IMG/VR virus record: IMGVR_UViG_3300042391_000634
Location: 62,001 to 126,000 of that record
Strand: one strand, 5' to 3'
Length of the DNA stretch: 64,000 nucleotides
Part shown: piece after piece, positions 1-9,814 of the stretch
Position numbering within the stretch: the first letter of the stretch is position 1
How the letters are laid out: each line of letters starts with the position of its first letter
Position numbers and translations under genes: made by a program
Notes under the pieces: model-generated
The model's input: only the letters and a program-made list of their open reading frames with translations
What the model was told of the DNA's origin: nothing
Databases searched by the model: none

Positions 1-181
1 CTGAAGTATTTGTTAGTTTATATTGACCACTTTCAAAAGAGTTAGTTATGTTATAATTTTTAGTAGATGAGTTGGTAATTACAGATGGTAATTCTGTTTT
101 AACAATTCGTTGCTCCTTAATGATTCTTTTAACCATTAACTTCAACTGAGACTCCTTAATTCTTATTACTTTTTTGGACAT
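1..181 (-). CDS. Partial CDS running off the left end; probable virion/head-internal protein
   Basis: Not in the ORF track. ATG at 181 reads MSKKVIRIKESQLKLMVKRIIKEQ..., open to position 1. TATTTATA motif lies 11 nt upstream. Confidence 0.8.
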   Translation of the reverse strand, partial: MSKKVIRIKESQLKLMVKRIIKEQRIVKTELPSVITNSSTKNYNITNSFESGQYKLTNTS

Positions 182-192
182 AAAACTTTATA

Positions 193-226
193 TATAAATA
201 CTATTGTTTTTATAATGGTATTTATA
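193..226. promoter_or_regulatory. Divergent pair of putative late-promoter motifs TATTTATA
   Basis: TATTTATA on the minus strand at 193-200 and on the plus strand at 219-226, each pointing at a start codon. The same motif precedes terminase, portal, protease and scaffold genes. Confidence 0.65.
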
Positions 227-240
227 ATAAAAGAAAGACT

Positions 241-1083
241 ATGTTACTAAAATTAGGATCTGAAGGAGAAGACGTTAAAAAACTCCAAATTAAGTTAGGG
301 GTTGACCCAATAGGTAAGTTCGGACCAAAGACTGAATCTGCAGTAAAATCATTTCAAACAAAACATGGAATAACGCCCGACGGTATTGTGGGTGACGGAA
401 CGTGGTCTAAAATGTTCACAGAAGGGACAGTAAGTGCACCTACGGTAATTACAGAACCAGCACCAATTAAGAGTGTGGGTGGTTTAAAATTAGAGGGATT
501 AAGGGGTCATATACCTGATGCGGTAATTGCTCAAATTCCCGATACGGCGGCCAAATTTGAAATCAATACCCCATTAAGACTTGCACATTTCTTGGCTCAA
601 TGTGGTCACGAAAGTGGTGGATTTAGACTTACAAAAGAAAATTTAAATTATTCGGCAAAAGGATTAAACGGGACATTTAAAAAGTATTTCCCAACACTTG
701 AGTCAGCAACACCTTACGAAAGAAAACCAGAAAAGATTGCAAATAAGGTATATGGTGGAAGAATGGGAAATGGTCCTGAATCTTCAGGAGACGGTGCTAA
801 ATTCTGTGGTCGTGGTTATATTCAATTAACAGGTAAAGACAACTACACTGCATTTGGTAAGTCAATCAATGAAGATATGTCGGCCAATCCCGATAAAGTG
901 GCATCATCTTATGCTTTATTATCGGCGGCTTGGTTCTTTAATAAGAACGGATTACATAAAATGGCCGATGGTGGGGCAACTGATGCGGTTGTAACATCTA
1001 TCACCAAACGAGTTAATGGTGGAACAATTGGTTTACCTGACCGTATTAAACACTTTAAAGAATACTATTCATTGTTATCATAA
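241..1083 (+). CDS. Endolysin: N-terminal peptidoglycan-binding domain plus GH19 chitinase/lysozyme-like domain
   Basis: LKLGSEGEDVKKLQ...FQTKHGITPDGIVG (PG_binding_1). LAHFLAQCGHESGGF, GRGYIQLTGKDNY and ITKRVNGG are GH19 phage lysin motifs. Confidence 0.92.
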   Translation: MLLKLGSEGEDVKKLQIKLGVDPIGKFGPKTESAVKSFQTKHGITPDGIVGDGTWSKMFTEGTVSAPTVITEPAPIKSVGGLKLEGLRGHIPDAVIAQIPDTAAKFEINTPLRLAHFLAQCGHESGGFRLTKENLNYSAKGLNGTFKKYFPTLESATPYERKPEKIANKVYGGRMGNGPESSGDGAKFCGRGYIQLTGKDNYTAFGKSINEDMSANPDKVASSYALLSAAWFFNKNGLHKMADGGATDAVVTSITKRVNGGTIGLPDRIKHFKEYYSLLS

Positions 1084-1110
1084 AAAAAGGGACCATTACG
1101 GTCCCTTTTT
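1084..1110. terminator. Bidirectional rho-independent terminator
   Basis: A-run, GGGACC-attac-GGTCCC, T-run, between convergent genes. Confidence 0.85.
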
Positions 1111-1113
1111 CAT

Positions 1114-2772
1114 TTAGTATGTTTCTCTTATATCTACATCCGTTTCAGGATTAAAATCTGTAATTCTTTGTGTATCATTATCCTCATCATCATTTTTTGG
1201 GTGCATTTTACTACTTAATTCATCCCATTTTTTTGCACCAATAAAATGACCTTTACCTAATTCATTTTCATCATTAACGGGATATACACAATAAAGTGTC
1301 GTATTATCAATATCACCGTTATTTTTTACATATGATTCAACCAAATAATCTTTACCTTGGTCGTCAACATAAAGTAATGTGTTATTTTCATTATATGGAG
1401 GTTCAAATGTGATACCATCATGAATAACCCAATTGTTTTTACCAAAATGATATAAACCAAAACTTTTTTTATTCACTTTACTGTTAAGTAATTGAATTAG
1501 AGGATTATCAATACTGGATCTGGCAACAATGAATTCCTCTCTCATCAAATGTTGATAGATAATACCAACACCCAAATCGGACATATTTTGGTTTACAATT
1601 CTACCATTTTCGTCTAATCTTGAACCTAAAGATTTTATATGTTTATTTAATAAATTAAACTCACTACCAATCATTTTTATAGTTTTCATTAATTCATATG
1701 ATTGGAATTTATCAATAACGTCTCTTGATGTTGTTGTTAAAATATAAAGTTCTCTTAAGTCGAGGTCCATACTTAACCAAGACCTTTCGGTTTTAATTGT
1801 ACCGCCTCTTTCAATATAAGCCTTTTTAATTTCTCTTCTTGCTGCTGCGAATTCGTTTCTTCCTGGTGTTTCAGAAATTCTACTTATTGTGTCTTTATTT
1901 AACAATTCACCTTCATCATATTTAATGTATGTCTCAAATTTCTCTCTATGTTCCGACAACTGAGGATATAATTGAACTACTTGTTCCCATGTTTTTGTAT
2001 TGTCACCATCATTTAATAAACTTGTTACTTTAAATCCAGTATATCTGTTACCTTTATTATCTTGATCATTAACACAATATTGTAATGCTGATAAGTAATA
2101 TTTAAAAACCTCTGAATTTTGATTATCCTTTGGATTTTTTGATTCGTCAATAACAAACCAAAAAGTTCGTTTAGGTCTATAAGAACCCCATAAGTTACCT
2201 CTTGAATCGTTAGTATTTCTACCTGTAACACACCATTGTTGACCTAATCTACCATCTGACCCTTTAAGACTTTCAGTTAATTTTTGTTGATAATAACCGT
2301 ATTTAATTGACTCTCTAGCATCAGATACAAAGTGAACTTTAAAACCTTCCTCATCCACCACCACGTCTCTATCACTTAACCAAAGTTTTTTAGATGCCGC
2401 AACCTTTTCGGGAGAAGAATCTAATTTACCTGCAAATTCATCTTCTTGAGTTGTAAGTGCCTCATCTTTAAATTCATGTAATAAAGATTCAATTTCCTCT
2501 AAAGAATATTGACTAATGTCCATTAATTTTGACGGGTCAAAAGCTGGTAATCCATGATTACCATCATGTCTTAATAAAAAACTGAAAACTGCAGGATTTT
2601 TAGGAGTTAAACCTTTTTGTTTTTCGGAAAATAATGTTAAATCTGTTTCCGCCCTTCTCATTTGTACCGATGTTGGGGTATCCCCAAACCATTTTTTTAA
2701 TAGAAAGTTAAATAATTTCTTATTTTTTACCTCCTCCACTATAACGTCATAGACTAAATCTCGTATGTTCAT
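1114..2772 (-). CDS. Hypothetical protein, 552 aa
   Basis: Long ORF with TATTTATG 4 nt upstream of the ATG. A central WCVTG...WGSY...FWFVID segment has no confident family call. Confidence 0.8.
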   Translation of the reverse strand: MNIRDLVYDVIVEEVKNKKLFNFLLKKWFGDTPTSVQMRRAETDLTLFSEKQKGLTPKNPAVFSFLLRHDGNHGLPAFDPSKLMDISQYSLEEIESLLHEFKDEALTTQEDEFAGKLDSSPEKVAASKKLWLSDRDVVVDEEGFKVHFVSDARESIKYGYYQQKLTESLKGSDGRLGQQWCVTGRNTNDSRGNLWGSYRPKRTFWFVIDESKNPKDNQNSEVFKYYLSALQYCVNDQDNKGNRYTGFKVTSLLNDGDNTKTWEQVVQLYPQLSEHREKFETYIKYDEGELLNKDTISRISETPGRNEFAAARREIKKAYIERGGTIKTERSWLSMDLDLRELYILTTTSRDVIDKFQSYELMKTIKMIGSEFNLLNKHIKSLGSRLDENGRIVNQNMSDLGVGIIYQHLMREEFIVARSSIDNPLIQLLNSKVNKKSFGLYHFGKNNWVIHDGITFEPPYNENNTLLYVDDQGKDYLVESYVKNNGDIDNTTLYCVYPVNDENELGKGHFIGAKKWDELSSKMHPKNDDEDNDTQRITDFNPETDVDIRETY

Positions 2773-2823
2773 ACTACATAAATATATGATAAATACCTTT
2801 TAATTATATAATAGAACTGATTT

Positions 2824-3177
2824 TTATTGGGATATGAACATTTCGGAATTAGTTAATGTTTTTTTTAAGTTAGATACTTTATCCACTAAAGACCTCAATA
2901 ACTCCTCTATCATTAAAATTTCCATTAAAGTATTAACGTTGGTGCTATTAATATCATTAGTTTGACCACCAAATAATGCTAACTTAATAATACCGTCAGT
3001 TTCATTTTTAGATTGTTTCTCTTTTTTTCTTTGGAAATACCTTTTAGAATTTTCCCTTGTACATTCAATACAATAGGGACTATGACCATCCGACTGTTTT
3101 TTGTGCTTGTAAAAATTATCAAGTGGTTTAGGTGTTTTACAACCACAACATCTTTTTTCCTTTTTTTCTTCAGACAT
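2824..3177 (-). CDS. Small protein with a Cys4 zinc-binding N-terminus
   Basis: CCGCKTPKPLDNFYK...YCIEC resembles the N-terminal zinc motif of phage HNH/EndoVII-type proteins. Start moved to MSEEKK (3177) because a promoter lies in the upstream extension. Confidence 0.7.
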   Translation of the reverse strand: MSEEKKEKRCCGCKTPKPLDNFYKHKKQSDGHSPYCIECTRENSKRYFQRKKEKQSKNETDGIIKLALFGGQTNDINSTNVNTLMEILMIEELLRSLVDKVSNLKKTLTNSEMFISQ

Positions 3178-3199
3178 AATTCTATTTTTTATTAAGACA

Positions 3200-3232
3200 C
3201 AAAGGTAATGTATATTAAAAGAAAAACCCAAA
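3200..3232 (-). promoter_or_regulatory. Bacteroidota primary-sigma promoter
   Basis: Minus strand TTTG-N21-TACCTTTG fits the -33/-7 consensus TTTG...TAnnTTTG. Confidence 0.7.
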
Positions 3233-3275
3233 TATCATAAAAAATATTTGGGTATAACTTATATTAAATTATATT

Positions 3276-3641
3276 TTAATAACCACTACCTGTTCCTAAT
3301 CCTAACATACTATTGAACCAATCTAACGCTTTATCGTATAATGGTTTATTTTTATTAATTAAAGATTGCCATAGTTTTTTGTCATTTTCGGGTAACATGT
3401 CCTTACAATCCATCATATGACCTGTTGGTTCACAATTAGGAATAGTTAATTGGTATTTTTTAATTCTATCTGTTAAATCTTTACCTTGAATTTTTTTAGC
3501 GTCTAAGAAAGCTTTCGTACCCGCATTAATTGCCATTTTTTGGTCATCAAGCATTGTTTGTTCTTGTAAATCTTTACTTTCTACGATTTGATTGTCAATA
3601 ATCTTTTTGATTTGGCTTTCTGTGAATATATATTTTTTCAT
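3276..3641 (-). CDS. Hypothetical, probable head-internal protein
   Basis: N-terminus MKKYIFTESQIKKIIDNQIVES shares a motif with several other ORFs in the window. Confidence 0.7.
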   Translation of the reverse strand: MKKYIFTESQIKKIIDNQIVESKDLQEQTMLDDQKMAINAGTKAFLDAKKIQGKDLTDRIKKYQLTIPNCEPTGHMMDCKDMLPENDKKLWQSLINKNKPLYDKALDWFNSMLGLGTGSGY

Positions 3642-3647
3642 AATGTG

Positions 3648-4274
3648 TTACTTTGATTTAAGGTATACTGATAAATATCCAGCTAAACGACTACCTCTCT
3701 CTATTAAAAAATCTTTTTGTGTTTGTGTTAATTTCTTTTTATCTCTATAATCAACACCCATAGTCCCAATACATTTGTCTGTTACAATATCAAATAACCC
3801 AATTACATATGATGAATTAGTCCCCGTTGCCTCTGCTGCCGACTTTAATCCATAAGTTGCAATAGTATCATCTTTAAAATCGGAAATCCACAAATGTTTA
3901 TTTTCCATAATGTAGTTCATTGATCTTGAATATAACGACAAGGGAATGTCCGTGAATAAATGAATTATACTACTAACACCAGGTTTAACGTCCTCATATG
4001 TTATTGAAAACTTTTGAATTGATTTGTTAGTGTGAAGAAAATGACCACCATTGTGAAACTGACTTATCCAAATTCTATCTCCATCTACCATATCTCTTAT
4101 TTCCGATATTTCATCAAAAATAACCAAATTTCTTTCAATGTCATCTTTAACGATGTCTTTTGATAGTGGTTTAGATAATTTAGCTTTTACATACTCAAGT
4201 CCTGCTGGACCAACTAACGCTGTAATAACGGCAACTAAAACCATACCAATCAATTCTATTGTGTGTTGTTCCAT
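3648..4274 (-). CDS. Single-TM protein with a GAF-like C-terminal domain; possible T4 gpT-type holin
   Basis: One N-terminal hydrophobic helix, then RIWISQFHNGG...GTMGVDY in a GAF-like pattern. Late motif upstream. The holin call is inference. Confidence 0.45.
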   Translation of the reverse strand: MEQHTIELIGMVLVAVITALVGPAGLEYVKAKLSKPLSKDIVKDDIERNLVIFDEISEIRDMVDGDRIWISQFHNGGHFLHTNKSIQKFSITYEDVKPGVSSIIHLFTDIPLSLYSRSMNYIMENKHLWISDFKDDTIATYGLKSAAEATGTNSSYVIGLFDIVTDKCIGTMGVDYRDKKKLTQTQKDFLIERGSRLAGYLSVYLKSK

Positions 4275-4504
4275 AGTAATAATTCTATAAATAGTATATT
4301 TTAAAATAAAAAATTGAATTTATTTAAGTTGACTTACTTTAAAACCCAAATTAATTTTTTCCTGACAAATAGACATCCTATTTTTGAGTGTTTTTACAAT
4401 ATATAACTTATTTATTTTTGTTGTCGGGGGACAAAATAAACTTATCTAAATTAATATACGGGAGATTTTACAAACTCCCTTTTTTTATGTATATTAGGTA
4501 AGAT

Positions 4505-5056
4505 ATGAGTAAGATAATTAACTTTTTTGGTGGACCTGGTATAGGTAAATCCACACAAGCATCAGGTTTATTTACCGAGATGAAAAAACACCATATGAGT
4601 GTTGAATATACATATGAGTTCCCAAAAGAAGTTGCGTGGGAAGGAAATGTATCCCAATTAAAAGATCAGTTCTTTATTACCGCAAATCAACATAGAAACA
4701 TTAGTCGTCTTTATGGTAAGGTAGATTATATCATTGTTGATTCACCGATAGTATTGGGTTGTTTCTACGAACAACGATATGGTGAAGGTTATCCCGCATC
4801 ACACTACTCAATGTCAGGTTTAAGTAATTTCCTTTGGAGTTTATTTAAAAGATATGACAACATAAACATATTACTAAAAAGAAATGATGAGACATATGAT
4901 ACAAATGGTAGACTACAGGATTTACAAGAGGCTATTGAAATTGATGATGATATTAAACAAACATTGGATGTTAATCGTATACCTTATAGTGAATTTACTG
5001 TTCATAACGACACTGCTTTGGAGATTTACAAGTATTTAAAAGAAAGCAATTTATGA
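4505..5056 (+). CDS. P-loop NTPase/kinase, NadR-like (AAA_28 type)
   Basis: IINFFGGPGIGKST Walker A and YIIVDSPI Walker B-like. Confidence 0.75.
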   Translation: MSKIINFFGGPGIGKSTQASGLFTEMKKHHMSVEYTYEFPKEVAWEGNVSQLKDQFFITANQHRNISRLYGKVDYIIVDSPIVLGCFYEQRYGEGYPASHYSMSGLSNFLWSLFKRYDNINILLKRNDETYDTNGRLQDLQEAIEIDDDIKQTLDVNRIPYSEFTVHNDTALEIYKYLKESNL

Positions 5057-5688
5057 GAAAAAGTTTATTATTGGTTATTTCTATTTTATTTACAGTCGTA
5101 TTATTTGGACAAGATGTGGTGATATTAAAACATACTAATTACACATCACATTATTCGAAATCAAAGAAATATCCTGTGATGGTTGAGTGGTGGATAACTA
5201 AGGCGAAAATAGGTTGCCCAACCCCATTGGCAAGAAAAGACAATTTTAAACCCGACCCTAAATTACCGTCTGAAACTAATTTATTGGAGGATTATAAAGG
5301 TTCAGGAACCGATAGAGGACATATGATGCCGGCAGCTGAGAATTTGTGTCAAACACCGGCAGTTCAAGACGAATGTTTCTATTTTTCCAATATGGCATCA
5401 CAATATCATTCATTAAATGCTGGAGATTGGAAAAGTGTTGAAATGTTGGAAAGACAAATATCATTACAAAATGATAGTGTTAAAGTATGGTGCGGTAATA
5501 TTGGTGTGGCAAAAAGAATAGGTAGAGTTGCTGTCCCAACAAAATGTTGGAAGGTTATATACGTTGTTAAAACCAAAGAATGGTTATGTTTTTTGTTTGA
5601 TAATAACACATCAAAACCTGACGGTATCAATAACAACAAAGTTGGTAAATCTGATATTGAAAAATTAATAAATTTTAAATTTAAATAA
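5053..5688 (+). CDS. Secreted DNA/RNA non-specific endonuclease (NucA/EndoG family)
   Basis: DRGHMMPAAE catalytic motif, NMASQYHSLNAGDW, and a signal peptide ending VLFG-Q. Confidence 0.9.
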   Translation: MRKSLLLVISILFTVVLFGQDVVILKHTNYTSHYSKSKKYPVMVEWWITKAKIGCPTPLARKDNFKPDPKLPSETNLLEDYKGSGTDRGHMMPAAENLCQTPAVQDECFYFSNMASQYHSLNAGDWKSVEMLERQISLQNDSVKVWCGNIGVAKRIGRVAVPTKCWKVIYVVKTKEWLCFLFDNNTSKPDGINNNKVGKSDIEKLINFKFK

Positions 5689-5897
5689 TGGTTCCTAAAG
5701 AATTAGTAAATTACCAAGATAAATTATATTACATCTACAGAAAACTCAAACCACATCAAGTCAAAGATGGTTATGTTAATGATATTAAAGAGTTGTGGGG
5801 ATGTGATGTCGTGGTTAGGAGTAAACATAACAACGATGATAATCTTTTATTTTTGAGGGAGATAGTGGAACTACAAATTGAGAAAGAGATAATTTAA
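5688..5897 (+). CDS. Hypothetical protein
   Basis: 69-aa ORF translationally coupled to the nuclease gene (TAATG). Confidence 0.7.
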   Translation: MVPKELVNYQDKLYYIYRKLKPHQVKDGYVNDIKELWGCDVVVRSKHNNDDNLLFLREIVELQIEKEII

Positions 5898-6290
5898 TTA
5901 CATATTTTTCTTAATATGTCTAATACATATTTTAGTATATTTTTCTTCATTTCTTCTAGCCTCTCTTTCTAAAGGATTATGTGAATAATAATGAGTTTTT
6001 TCATAATTATTATATCTTGTTCGAGATTGTAAATAATGCGTATATTCATGTATCATAGTTGCAACAATATCATGTATGGTGGTGTTATTTGGTAAATACA
6101 ATGTTATTTTATTTCTCCAAAAACAATAATTTCCATAAATGTCAGAATTTCCAGATTTTCTTTTTCTTTCACTAACATTAAACAAAAGTTTACGTCTTTT
6201 TCTATCGCATAACCCAAAATTATCCTTACACCATTTTAAGGCTTCTTCAGCATAATACACTTTTGACCCTATGTCGATAGTTCTAGCCAT
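5898..6290 (-). CDS. Small HExxH zincin-like metallopeptidase
   Basis: MIHEYTHYLQ plus a downstream PLEREA glutamate. Confidence 0.7.
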   Translation of the reverse strand: MARTIDIGSKVYYAEEALKWCKDNFGLCDRKRRKLLFNVSERKRKSGNSDIYGNYCFWRNKITLYLPNNTTIHDIVATMIHEYTHYLQSRTRYNNYEKTHYYSHNPLEREARRNEEKYTKICIRHIKKNM

Positions 6291-6639
6291 TATCTTGGTC
6301 TTTTTTTATTTTTCTAATTGTTCTTTTAACTGGTTTAACAACCTCATTAACAGAGTCAAAATTTTGAGCGATATCGTTTAGTATGGATGCAAATTCATAA
6401 TTTTCAGATTCTTCATTCTTTTTCCAAAGAACACTAACAAAACTCCTCAATTCATTATCTGTAAGTTTAGCCCTCATTTTAACTGCGTTTTTCATTAACT
6501 TAAGAACCATATATTGAACCCCTAATTTTTTGTCTTGATTTAAAGAGAAGTAATTATTAACTGTCACATTTGATAAAATGGAAGTCGATACAGTCTCCAA
6601 AAATGAAATGAACGACGGATGGTTAATGTTTACATTCAT
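6283..6639 (-). CDS. Hypothetical protein with a UVR-like motif
   Basis: EESENYEFASILND resembles the UvrB/C (UVR) core E.YE.AA.LRD. Confidence 0.6.
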   Translation of the reverse strand: MNVNINHPSFISFLETVSTSILSNVTVNNYFSLNQDKKLGVQYMVLKLMKNAVKMRAKLTDNELRSFVSVLWKKNEESENYEFASILNDIAQNFDSVNEVVKPVKRTIRKIKKDQDNG

Positions 6640-6687
6640 ATGTCTTTTCGTTTTTAATAAATACTTTTATTATTGTTATAAAAATGG

Positions 6688-6720
6688 AAAAGGGGATAAG
6701 TTTTTATAAACTTAACCCCC
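6688..6720 (-). terminator. Rho-independent terminator
   Basis: Minus strand GGGGTTAAGTTT...AAACTTATCCCC followed by TTTT. Confidence 0.7.
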
Positions 6721-6745
6721 TCATATCCAATTTATTAGAAATTAT

Positions 6746-7105
6746 TTATTTCCCCCATTTACCATTCTTTACTAATTGAGCAATAATGGAATAAACCGAT
6801 AAGTCTTGGTAAGTATCATCCACCGCCTCCCCTACGTTGTCCTGAGCCCCTAAAACGACGAGTTGTTTAATCCTTTGAATCTTATCGTTCATTCTGAACC
6901 AAAGTCCCATTTGAGACAATTTACGGTCTTCCTCCTTACTTAAATCCTTACCTAAGGCGATGTTATCGGGACCATAGTTAGACTGTTTTTTACAAAAAGT
7001 CTCATATTGGTCTCTCATTATTTTTTTGAATTCTTTGGTCATTTCAGGGTATTTTTCCTCGATTTCTTTAATGACCGGATTTACTTGTGATTTCTCTTCA
7101 GACAT
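6746..7105 (-). CDS. DUF1599 / nucleotide-modification-associated domain protein
   Basis: FCKKQSNYG...RMNDKIQRI...DTYQDLSVYSII pattern. Confidence 0.75.
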   Translation of the reverse strand: MSEEKSQVNPVIKEIEEKYPEMTKEFKKIMRDQYETFCKKQSNYGPDNIALGKDLSKEEDRKLSQMGLWFRMNDKIQRIKQLVVLGAQDNVGEAVDDTYQDLSVYSIIAQLVKNGKWGK

Positions 7106-7177
7106 AAAATTTCATTTATATTATAATATAATGATTTTCTTTTGTAATACAAAATATTTATATAAAAACATATAGAC

Positions 7178-7423
7178 ATGGCTTCTAAGAAATACCAAGA
7201 AATGCAGGCATCAGGAGAAACTTCAAAAACGTCTCAACCTAAACATAAACAACTTATTAAGATGTTGACTTTCAGAGTTGTACCTGCATATTATAAAGAA
7301 ATTGAAAAAGTGGCTAATCACCAAGATAAAACCGTTTCTAAATTAATTAGAACGTATATTAAAGAAGGAATGAAAAGAGATGGTGAATTAACCGATAAAG
7401 AAGATAAAGAATTTAGTGTTTAA
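7178..7423 (+). CDS. Ribbon-helix-helix DNA-binding protein
   Basis: MLTFRV strand followed by two helices (YYKEIEKVANHQ / TVSKLIRTYIKEGM). Confidence 0.65.
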   Translation: MASKKYQEMQASGETSKTSQPKHKQLIKMLTFRVVPAYYKEIEKVANHQDKTVSKLIRTYIKEGMKRDGELTDKEDKEFSV

Positions 7424-7424
7424 T

Positions 7425-7754
7425 ATGGAAAAACAAATTATTACCGAAAATCAGGTAAAAAATATATTAGATAAAATTTTAATGGAGGATACTTCTAAAG
7501 TTTCTCGTAATGAGTTTAGTAAAGTTCAGTTCAAAATAGAAGAATTACAAAATTCACTTAACGAGACCGTTAAAGAATTAAGAAAATTAGAAGATTCAAT
7601 ACCTTCAGGGTTGCAAATGATTACAAAATCAAGGATTTCAATGATTTCATCTAATTTAAGTAACACACAGAAATTATTATCTATTGTTAAAGATAAAATT
7701 AGAAATTATAAGAGAAATTTATACTCTCAACCTATAGAAGAAAAGAAAAAATGA
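7425..7754 (+). CDS. Coiled-coil hypothetical, probable head-internal protein
   Basis: ATG at 7425 gives MEKQIITENQVKNILDKILMED, the shared N-terminal motif. Confidence 0.7.
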   Translation: MEKQIITENQVKNILDKILMEDTSKVSRNEFSKVQFKIEELQNSLNETVKELRKLEDSIPSGLQMITKSRISMISSNLSNTQKLLSIVKDKIRNYKRNLYSQPIEEKKK

Positions 7755-8086
7755 TAAAATTTAGTGATTTATTGGTAGAATCTGAAAAAATAGGATTTGA
7801 CGAGTTTTCGGCAAAGAGATTAAAGGGTGCAACCAAGATTACTGAAGATTCTAAGAAAAAAGGTGGACCGGCTATGTTAACATACCACCATTTTGTAGTA
7901 AAATTACCGTATTATAAGAAAGCATCCGAAGGTAAGTTCAAATTAGACGAGGCAAAAACAGAATTTAAAGAAAATCTTGATAAATTATGTAAATTGACGG
8001 AAGATGTTAAAATAGACCAAGTAGAATTTCAGAAATTGGTCGGTTTAATTGAGGTTTTGGGTGAATTAATCATAAAACACTCTTAA
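7751..8086 (+). CDS. Hypothetical protein
   Basis: 111-aa ORF overlapping the previous stop (ATGA). Confidence 0.7.
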   Translation: MIKFSDLLVESEKIGFDEFSAKRLKGATKITEDSKKKGGPAMLTYHHFVVKLPYYKKASEGKFKLDEAKTEFKENLDKLCKLTEDVKIDQVEFQKLVGLIEVLGELIIKHS

Positions 8087-8454
8087 AGCAAACCGTCTTT
8101 CTTCTTCATTACTCGTTTTCCCTTTTTTGTTAGAAAAAACATCTCCTCGGTCGTATCATCTTCATATGATTCAACTAAACCCCTATCTTTTAGTTCATAT
8201 AATACACTACCGGCAACGATCTCACGTAAAACAACCTCAAATTCATCGTCATTAAATACACCGAGGAATTCATCGTCTTCGTTTTCCAATTCCCCTAAAA
8301 TAAACTTATCCGTTAGCTTATCTAAAAGGTATTTTTTAGCAAATTCGGTAGATTCAATCTCATAATCCTTAAAAAACTCAGTTTCAATTAAATCACTAAT
8401 AATGTCATTAGTCATCTCTATCACGATTGGTTGGTATATCTTACTCATTATCAT
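8083..8454 (-). CDS. Acidic hypothetical protein, possible winged-helix C-terminus
   Basis: LYELKDRGLVES...FFLTKKGK resembles a wHTH wing. Confidence 0.55.
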   Translation of the reverse strand: MIMSKIYQPIVIEMTNDIISDLIETEFFKDYEIESTEFAKKYLLDKLTDKFILGELENEDDEFLGVFNDDEFEVVLREIVAGSVLYELKDRGLVESYEDDTTEEMFFLTKKGKRVMKKKDGLL

Positions 8455-8560
8455 TAAATTGGTCTATTATAAATAATAATTAAAAAACGCCTAAAAAAGA
8501 AATTTTCATGACTTTTATTTTTCATTTTTTTTTATTATATTAATACAAAATCAATTATAC

Positions 8561-9814
8561 ATGAAAAAAGGAAAAATTTTTGTACAGATAGCATCCTACA
8601 GAGACCCCGAAATGATACCTACCATTGAGGACATGATTAAAAAGGCTAAAAATCCACAAAATTTAACATTTGGTATTTGCTGGCAATATGATAGTAGTGA
8701 ACCTATTACAATGTTTGACGGTATTGAACAATTTAGAGTTAGTAAACATCACTATGGTGAAAGTGAAGGTTTAGGATGGGCAAGACATATTACTAATACA
8801 TTATATGATGATGAAGAATATACATTACAAATTGATTCACATCACAGATTCGTTCAGGATTGGGATGTGATTGTTTTAGAAGATTTTAAACAAGCAAAAA
8901 AATTATCTAAAAAACCTATAATTTCAACATATTGCACACCGTTTAACCCAAAGGAAGATGAAAGTAAATGGAGTCCTACACCTTGTTTAATGTCTCAATA
9001 TGAATTTAGTGGAGATAGATTATTGATGAGTATGCCTTGGTATATTCAAGATTATAAAACAAGAACTAACGTTATTAAAGCAAGAACAATAAGTGGTCAC
9101 TTCTATTTCACTTATGGTAAATTCATTAAAGAAGTTCCGTATGATTCAGATATCTATTTTGGTGGTTACACTGAAGAAACGACATTGAGTGTTCGTGCGT
9201 TTACAAATGGTTATGATTTCTATAGTCCATATCGTATGGTTATGTGGCACGAATATACAAGAAACTACCGTGCCAAACATTGGGACGATCATGGTGTTAA
9301 TAGTGAAACAAAGAAAACAAGTGGCCAACGAGATGTTTACGCTCGTAATAAAACCCGTCAATTATTTGGTACAGAAAACTATGATATTGATATGGGGATA
9401 TATGGTTTAGGAACTGATAGGTCTTTACATGACTATGAAGTTTATGGAGGATTTGATTTTAAAAAATGTGTTATTCAAGATTACACATTGAAGGTTAAAG
9501 AACCACCAAATCCTTCTGATTGGGAAAATCAATTTATAACAAATAAATATGATTTAACGGTAGAATGGGATTTAGAATTCTTTAAGAAATTTGAATTTAC
9601 TAAACCTAAATTTTTAACTTTTGCAATTCACACATCTTCTGGAATAGAATTACATAGAAAAGATTTTACAGTTGAAGAAAATCCACAATATGTTAATTTA
9701 GAAAATAATAAAACTACAGTTAATTTAGAGTGTATTGAGAAACCCGGCAAGATTGTGATGTATTTATTTGATGAAGATAAACAATGGAGCGATAGGTATG
9801 AAAAAACAATCTAA
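8561..9814 (+). CDS. GlcNAc-transferase-like glycosyltransferase (GT60/Gnt1-like GlcNAc family)
   Basis: IFVQIASYRDPE, GLGWARH and LQIDSHHRFVQDWD (DxH), followed by EE..LSVRAFTNGYD. Confidence 0.8.
   Translation: MKKGKIFVQIASYRDPEMIPTIEDMIKKAKNPQNLTFGICWQYDSSEPITMFDGIEQFRVSKHHYGESEGLGWARHITNTLYDDEEYTLQIDSHHRFVQDWDVIVLEDFKQAKKLSKKPIISTYCTPFNPKEDESKWSPTPCLMSQYEFSGDRLLMSMPWYIQDYKTRTNVIKARTISGHFYFTYGKFIKEVPYDSDIYFGGYTEETTLSVRAFTNGYDFYSPYRMVMWHEYTRNYRAKHWDDHGVNSETKKTSGQRDVYARNKTRQLFGTENYDIDMGIYGLGTDRSLHDYEVYGGFDFKKCVIQDYTLKVKEPPNPSDWENQFITNKYDLTVEWDLEFFKKFEFTKPKFLTFAIHTSSGIELHRKDFTVEENPQYVNLENNKTTVNLECIEKPGKIVMYLFDEDKQWSDRYEKTI

Noticed and set aside
4411-4440. Imperfect AT-rich hairpin in the divergent intergenic region
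   Set aside because: Weak and low in complexity; expected by chance at this AT content.
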